From positions 1,828 through 65,827 of IMG/VR virus record IMGVR_UViG_2974684452_000001: a stretch of 64,000 bases of DNA. One strand, 5' to 3'. Of this stretch, positions 60,727 through 64,000 are shown one piece after another (the first letter of the stretch is position 1; every line of letters begins with the position of its first letter). The notes under the pieces are model-generated. The model was given only the letters and a program-made list of their open reading frames with translations, was not told where the DNA came from and did no database searches. This stretch comes from a virus. Position numbers and translations under genes: made by a program.

Positions 60727-61010
60727 GCGATCACCGTCCGGTGCCGACCCGGCGGCTTGCCGCAGGTGCCGCAGGTGCGTCCCCGGTAGTCCGCGCTCCA
60801 TCGGCGCGGGCCGTGAGCGCAGCTGCAGGTGCCCTGGTCCTTGATCATCAGCGTCCACCAGTCGGCGGTCGGCGTCGTGCGCGAGCCGAGCATCGCGTGC
60901 CGCCCCTCGTCAGGCCGGGGCGCAATGCCGACGATGCGGTTGCTCGGCTCGCCGACCTTGACCCCGTAACGCACCTCCGCCTCCTGGGCGGGGGTCAGCC
61001 CGGCGATCAC
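60723..61010 (-). CDS. Hypothetical protein with CSCAH/CGTCG
   Basis: GTGA overlap. Confidence 0.55.
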   Translation of the reverse strand: MIAGLTPAQEAEVRYGVKVGEPSNRIVGIAPRPDEGRHAMLGSRTTPTADWWTLMIKDQGTCSCAHGPRRWSADYRGRTCGTCGKPPGRHRTVIA

Positions 61011-61201
61011 GCGAACCCCGGCAGGTAGACCACCCGGTTGTCCTTGATGCAGTCGATGCGCGGCGTCCACCAGGTGCCGGTCGAGGCGACGAACCCGCCC
61101 TCGGCGGCGCAGGCCTGGTGGAAGCGCTCGACCTCACCCGGCCCGCCTCCGCACCCGGCCAGCACCAGTGCCAGGCCCAGCGCCGCGATCGCGCGCTTCA
61201 C
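61007..61201 (-). CDS. Small lipoprotein
   Basis: Signal peptide with lipobox LAG-C. Confidence 0.7.
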   Translation of the reverse strand: MKRAIAALGLALVLAGCGGGPGEVERFHQACAAEGGFVASTGTWWTPRIDCIKDNRVVYLPGFA

Positions 61202-61458
61202 CGCTGCCACCCCTCACGCTGGTCGATCGGCGCGACCGGCGGGTGCGACGGCCACTGCGGAGGCCCGCCCTCGGGTCCGTGAAGGCGGCAGTGGAGCCTG
61301 CCCTTGACGTCGCACTCGGCGCACGTCGGCAGCCCGGCGCGGTCGCGCTCGATCTCGATGAGCGTGTCGAGCTTGCTGTTCATCTCGCGCAGCAGCGTCA
61401 GGAACTCGTTGACGGTGTGGCCGATGTCGAGGTCGATCTTGGGCAGTCCGAGCGCCAT
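61198..61458 (-). CDS. Hypothetical protein
   Basis: TGATG overlap; CAEC...CRLH. Confidence 0.55.
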   Translation of the reverse strand: MALGLPKIDLDIGHTVNEFLTLLREMNSKLDTLIEIERDRAGLPTCAECDVKGRLHCRLHGPEGGPPQWPSHPPVAPIDQREGWQR

Positions 61459-61844
61459 CAGCGCCTCACCCCGTTGCGCTGCTCGATCTTGGCGATGCGG
61501 ACCCAGCCGCCGTTCGGCGCACCCTTGCCGCCGGTGCGGTGAGCGATCACCACGTCATTGTGCCCGAGCAGGTGCGTCCCGCCCTTCCACTGCGGCTCGA
61601 CCAAGACGAACGCCGGGCGGGGTCCGCGCGTCAGGGCGATCTTGCCGCTGCGCTCGACGCGGCTGGTGCCGTTGTAGACCCGCACGTCGATCGCGGCCTT
61701 GTAGCCTGCGAGGATCGACGGGTGCACGTCGGCGACGTCGGTGAAGTTGACGGTGGTGTCGGGGTAGTTCGCCGCGACCTTGGTCATGATCTCGGCCAGA
61801 ATCGGGTCGACCGGATCGGGCGCGGCGTCGGGGGTGTCGGTCAT
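61458..61844 (-). CDS. Hypothetical protein
   Basis: GAAAGG RBS before ATG 61844. Confidence 0.6.
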   Translation of the reverse strand: MTDTPDAAPDPVDPILAEIMTKVAANYPDTTVNFTDVADVHPSILAGYKAAIDVRVYNGTSRVERSGKIALTRGPRPAFVLVEPQWKGGTHLLGHNDVVIAHRTGGKGAPNGGWVRIAKIEQRNGVRR

Positions 61845-62113
61845 GGTGCGTAGGTGCCTTTCGAGGTGATCTGCAGCCCGTTGCGGCGCAGGTTGGCGAT
61901 GTCGTTCTTGCGCGAGCGGTACTCGCTGGGCGTTCCGGCGATGGTGCCGATGAGCCTCCCTTCCAGGTAGACCTTGTAGTGCCCCGACCGTGACCGGCAC
62001 GCTTCAAGGCACCCTCCGGCTGCCTCGATTGCGCGGAGCAGTGCGCGCGTGTCGCGGTTGGACGTCTTGTTGGTTGACCGGCGGCTGCCGGGCTGGGGTG
62101 CGCTCTGCGTCAT
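61841..62113 (-). CDS. hicA: HicA-like toxin/RNase fold protein
   Basis: LLRAIEAAG...SGHYKVY...TIAGTPSEYRSRKNDIANLRRNGL. Confidence 0.65.
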   Translation of the reverse strand: MTQSAPQPGSRRSTNKTSNRDTRALLRAIEAAGGCLEACRSRSGHYKVYLEGRLIGTIAGTPSEYRSRKNDIANLRRNGLQITSKGTYAP

Positions 62114-62421
62114 GACCACAGCGCCCCGTCGGCGCGCACGACGTGCAGGCTCTCGCCGTCGGCCAGGCCGTCGATGACGTTGCGGGCGTGGATGCGGTCG
62201 ATGCGCGCCAGCCGGGCCACCGTGACGTCGCGGAGCAGGTTGATCGCCGCTCGGTTGCCGGTGCGGACGTTGATCGCGTCGATGACCTGGTACGTCTCGA
62301 CCGTCTTGACGGTGCGGATCGCGGTGACCTTGAAGGTCTCGCCGCGCACCTCGCAGCCGAAGGCGACGCCTCGGTACAGGTCGCCGACGGCCAGCGCCTC
62401 GGCTGGGATGAGTTCGGGCAT
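62110..62421 (-). CDS. Hypothetical protein
   Basis: AGGAG RBS. Confidence 0.6.
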   Translation of the reverse strand: MPELIPAEALAVGDLYRGVAFGCEVRGETFKVTAIRTVKTVETYQVIDAINVRTGNRAAINLLRDVTVARLARIDRIHARNVIDGLADGESLHVVRADGALWS

Positions 62422-62423
62422 GG

Positions 62424-62516
62424 TCAGATCGCTCCTTGGTTGACGAGGTGGACGATGAGCAGGGTGTCGAGCACGACGCAGTTGAGCGCGTAGCTCACGA
62501 TCAGCCAGCGCGACAT
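62424..62516 (-). CDS. 30-aa hydrophobic peptide
   Basis: TGATG overlap; single TM-like segment. Confidence 0.45.
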   Translation of the reverse strand: MSRWLIVSYALNCVVLDTLLIVHLVNQGAI

Positions 62517-62821
62517 CAGATCACCCGCCCGTAGACGGCGACCGCGTTGCTGATGTCGCCCCGGCTCTCGCGCTTGAACCCGCGCGACTTCGGGCCGGTG
62601 CCCCCGCTGGGACCGACGGTGAGCGGCCCGAGCGACCAGCGCCCGGTGCGGGCTGACTTGCTGGCGCTGAGGCTGATCGTGCGATCGGCCCAGTGCGGCG
62701 CGGCGGCGAACAGCCAGACGAACTCGCCGAAGCTCTCCTGCGTGGTGGTGATCTCGACGGTCCGGCCCATGCCGCGCAGGCGGTCGGCCACCTCGTCCAG
62801 GAACTGCTTTGCGTCTTGCAT
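62516..62821 (-). CDS. Hypothetical protein, first gene of a leftward operon
   Basis: Preceded by the duplicated promoter/leader. Confidence 0.7.
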   Translation of the reverse strand: MQDAKQFLDEVADRLRGMGRTVEITTTQESFGEFVWLFAAAPHWADRTISLSASKSARTGRWSLGPLTVGPSGGTGPKSRGFKRESRGDISNAVAVYGRVI

Positions 62822-62863
62822 CGGTGCCCCTTCCGGCGGGTCGTTCCCGCCTCAACGCCTCCA

Positions 62864-62892
62864 AAGTTACCCGACGAGGGCGGGTAAGTCTA
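62864..62892 (-). promoter_or_regulatory. SigA-like promoter TAGACT-17-TAACTT
   Basis: Read directly; near-duplicate of 38230-38258. Confidence 0.7.
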
Positions 62893-62906
62893 TAGCCTCC
62901 GATGTG

Positions 62907-63155
62907 CTACTTCTGCGTCACGACCCGGCCTGGCCGACGGCGCACCGGCTCGCGCTGCAGGTGTTCGTCCAGCTGGCCGACCAGGCTGGGGCGCGGGCGC
63001 GGCTTCGGAACGTGCACCCGGCAGGTGCCGTCCTTGCGCGGCGCGAGCTTCTTCCCGCACGCCGGGCAGGCCACGGAGTCGGCGCGCCGGACAGTGCCGA
63101 ACGGCCCGTTGTAGAGCACCGGCAGCGCCTGCGCGCCGACCCCGAGGCACCTCAT
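62907..63155 (-). CDS. Small zinc-ribbon protein
   Basis: CPACGKKLAPRKDGTCRVH; ATGA overlap. Confidence 0.55.
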   Translation of the reverse strand: MRCLGVGAQALPVLYNGPFGTVRRADSVACPACGKKLAPRKDGTCRVHVPKPRPRPSLVGQLDEHLQREPVRRRPGRVVTQK

Positions 63156-63376
63156 TCGCCGCCGACCTCCGCCGCGCTCCCGCCATAGAAGTGCCCGCCC
63201 GCAGTGGCACGCCACGCCTGGGGCAGGAACCCGCCCCGGTCGATCCAGTCGTGCAGATCGACCACCTTGCGTGCGAGATCGACGTGTCCGGCATCCTCCG
63301 TGCCGGTCTGGTCGTCGCGGGCCAGCACGCCCCGCGCGTCATCGAGCAGGTCACTGAGCAGTGCGTCGGGGTCCAT
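63152..63376 (-). CDS. Hypothetical protein
   Basis: MDPDALL...LHDWIDRGGFLPQAW. Confidence 0.65.
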   Translation of the reverse strand: MDPDALLSDLLDDARGVLARDDQTGTEDAGHVDLARKVVDLHDWIDRGGFLPQAWRATAGGHFYGGSAAEVGGE

Positions 63377-63603
63377 CAGCCGACCGCCACCCAGCGCATC
63401 GCCGTCGCCAGCAGGTGGTCGTAGTCGCCACTCAGCATCTCGTCAAAGCACTCGCGCGCCTCGGCCTTGTGGCCCGCGTGTTCGAGCGCGACGCGCACCC
63501 GGCTGGCGATGCCAAACCCATTGCCGTCCTGGCCGGTCAGCTGGACGTAGACCTCGGGGAACTTCGGACCCTCACTCTCAGTGGGGGTTTCGATCTCGGG
63601 CAT
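63376..63603 (-). CDS. Conserved phage hypothetical protein
   Basis: VQLTGQDGNGF...SGDYDHLL motif; start-associated leader upstream. Confidence 0.7.
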   Translation of the reverse strand: MPEIETPTESEGPKFPEVYVQLTGQDGNGFGIASRVRVALEHAGHKAEARECFDEMLSGDYDHLLATAMRWVAVG

Positions 63604-63680
63604 GTTGCGCCCCTTTCGTGTGGTTGTGGTGATCGAGGGTAGTGCGCGTTGTCCAGTCGCGCCCCTGGTTCGTGCTCGAT

Positions 63681-64000
63681 CTAGCGCTGGCTGCCCGGCA
63701 TGTAGGGATCATCGCCGTCCCGGTACAGACCCGGCCCGGCGAACGGGCTGCGCCCGCCGCGACCGCCGCCACCCGGTGCCGGGTAGACCCCGCCGGGGCG
63801 GAAGCCGACCAGTGCGGCGACGACCGACTGGCCCTCGCTCGGGTCGCTGGTGCCGACGACGCGCCCGAACCGGCCCATCTCCTCGGCCACCGCAGGCTCG
63901 TAGCCTTCCGGCAGCAGCGACTCGCCGTCACCGCTGAGGCGGCGCAGCGTCACCCAGTTGGCCTCGCCGACGAACGCGAGCAGGCCCGGCCAGTTGAAGC
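63681..64000 (-). CDS. Partial gene, 5' end beyond the window
   Basis: Frame is open to the window edge (...FNWPGLLAFVGEANWVTLRR...). Confidence 0.55.
   Translation of the reverse strand, partial: FNWPGLLAFVGEANWVTLRRLSGDGESLLPEGYEPAVAEEMGRFGRVVGTSDPSEGQSVVAALVGFRPGGVYPAPGGGGRGGRSPFAGPGLYRDGDDPYMPGSQR

Overview
Most of a high-GC actinobacteriophage genome. Gene order matches the cluster B-type mycobacteriophage siphoviruses as I recall them: terminase, inverted RuvC, portal, MuF/protease fusion, capsid genes, Rpf-containing tape measure, lysin A/holin/lysin B, then leftward helicase, primase-helicase and family A DNA polymerase. Both ends cut genes. I found no integrase, tRNA or CRISPR array, so it looks lytic within this window. 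Main findings: (1) at 2-2506, a putative DNA base hypermodification operon (amino-acid:DNA transferase-like protein, a protein with an AspH-type Fe(II)/2OG oxygenase domain, and a P-loop kinase) directly upstream of terminase; (2) at 34130-34815, a displaced second tail-assembly-chaperone paralogue with a strong -1 frameshift signature; (3) a regulatory code visible in the DNA: 14 TANNNT boxes 6-8 nt before start codons (leaderless-type), a TAGAC[T/G]-17-TANNNT promoter family, a duplicated 58-bp promoter/leader, a CACCACAACCAC start-associated motif and an ACGGTWWWACC operator-like triplet; (4) a candidate Acb2/Tad1-type anti-defence sponge and an orphan HicA-like gene. All family assignments come from recognising motifs by eye. 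No database search was run.
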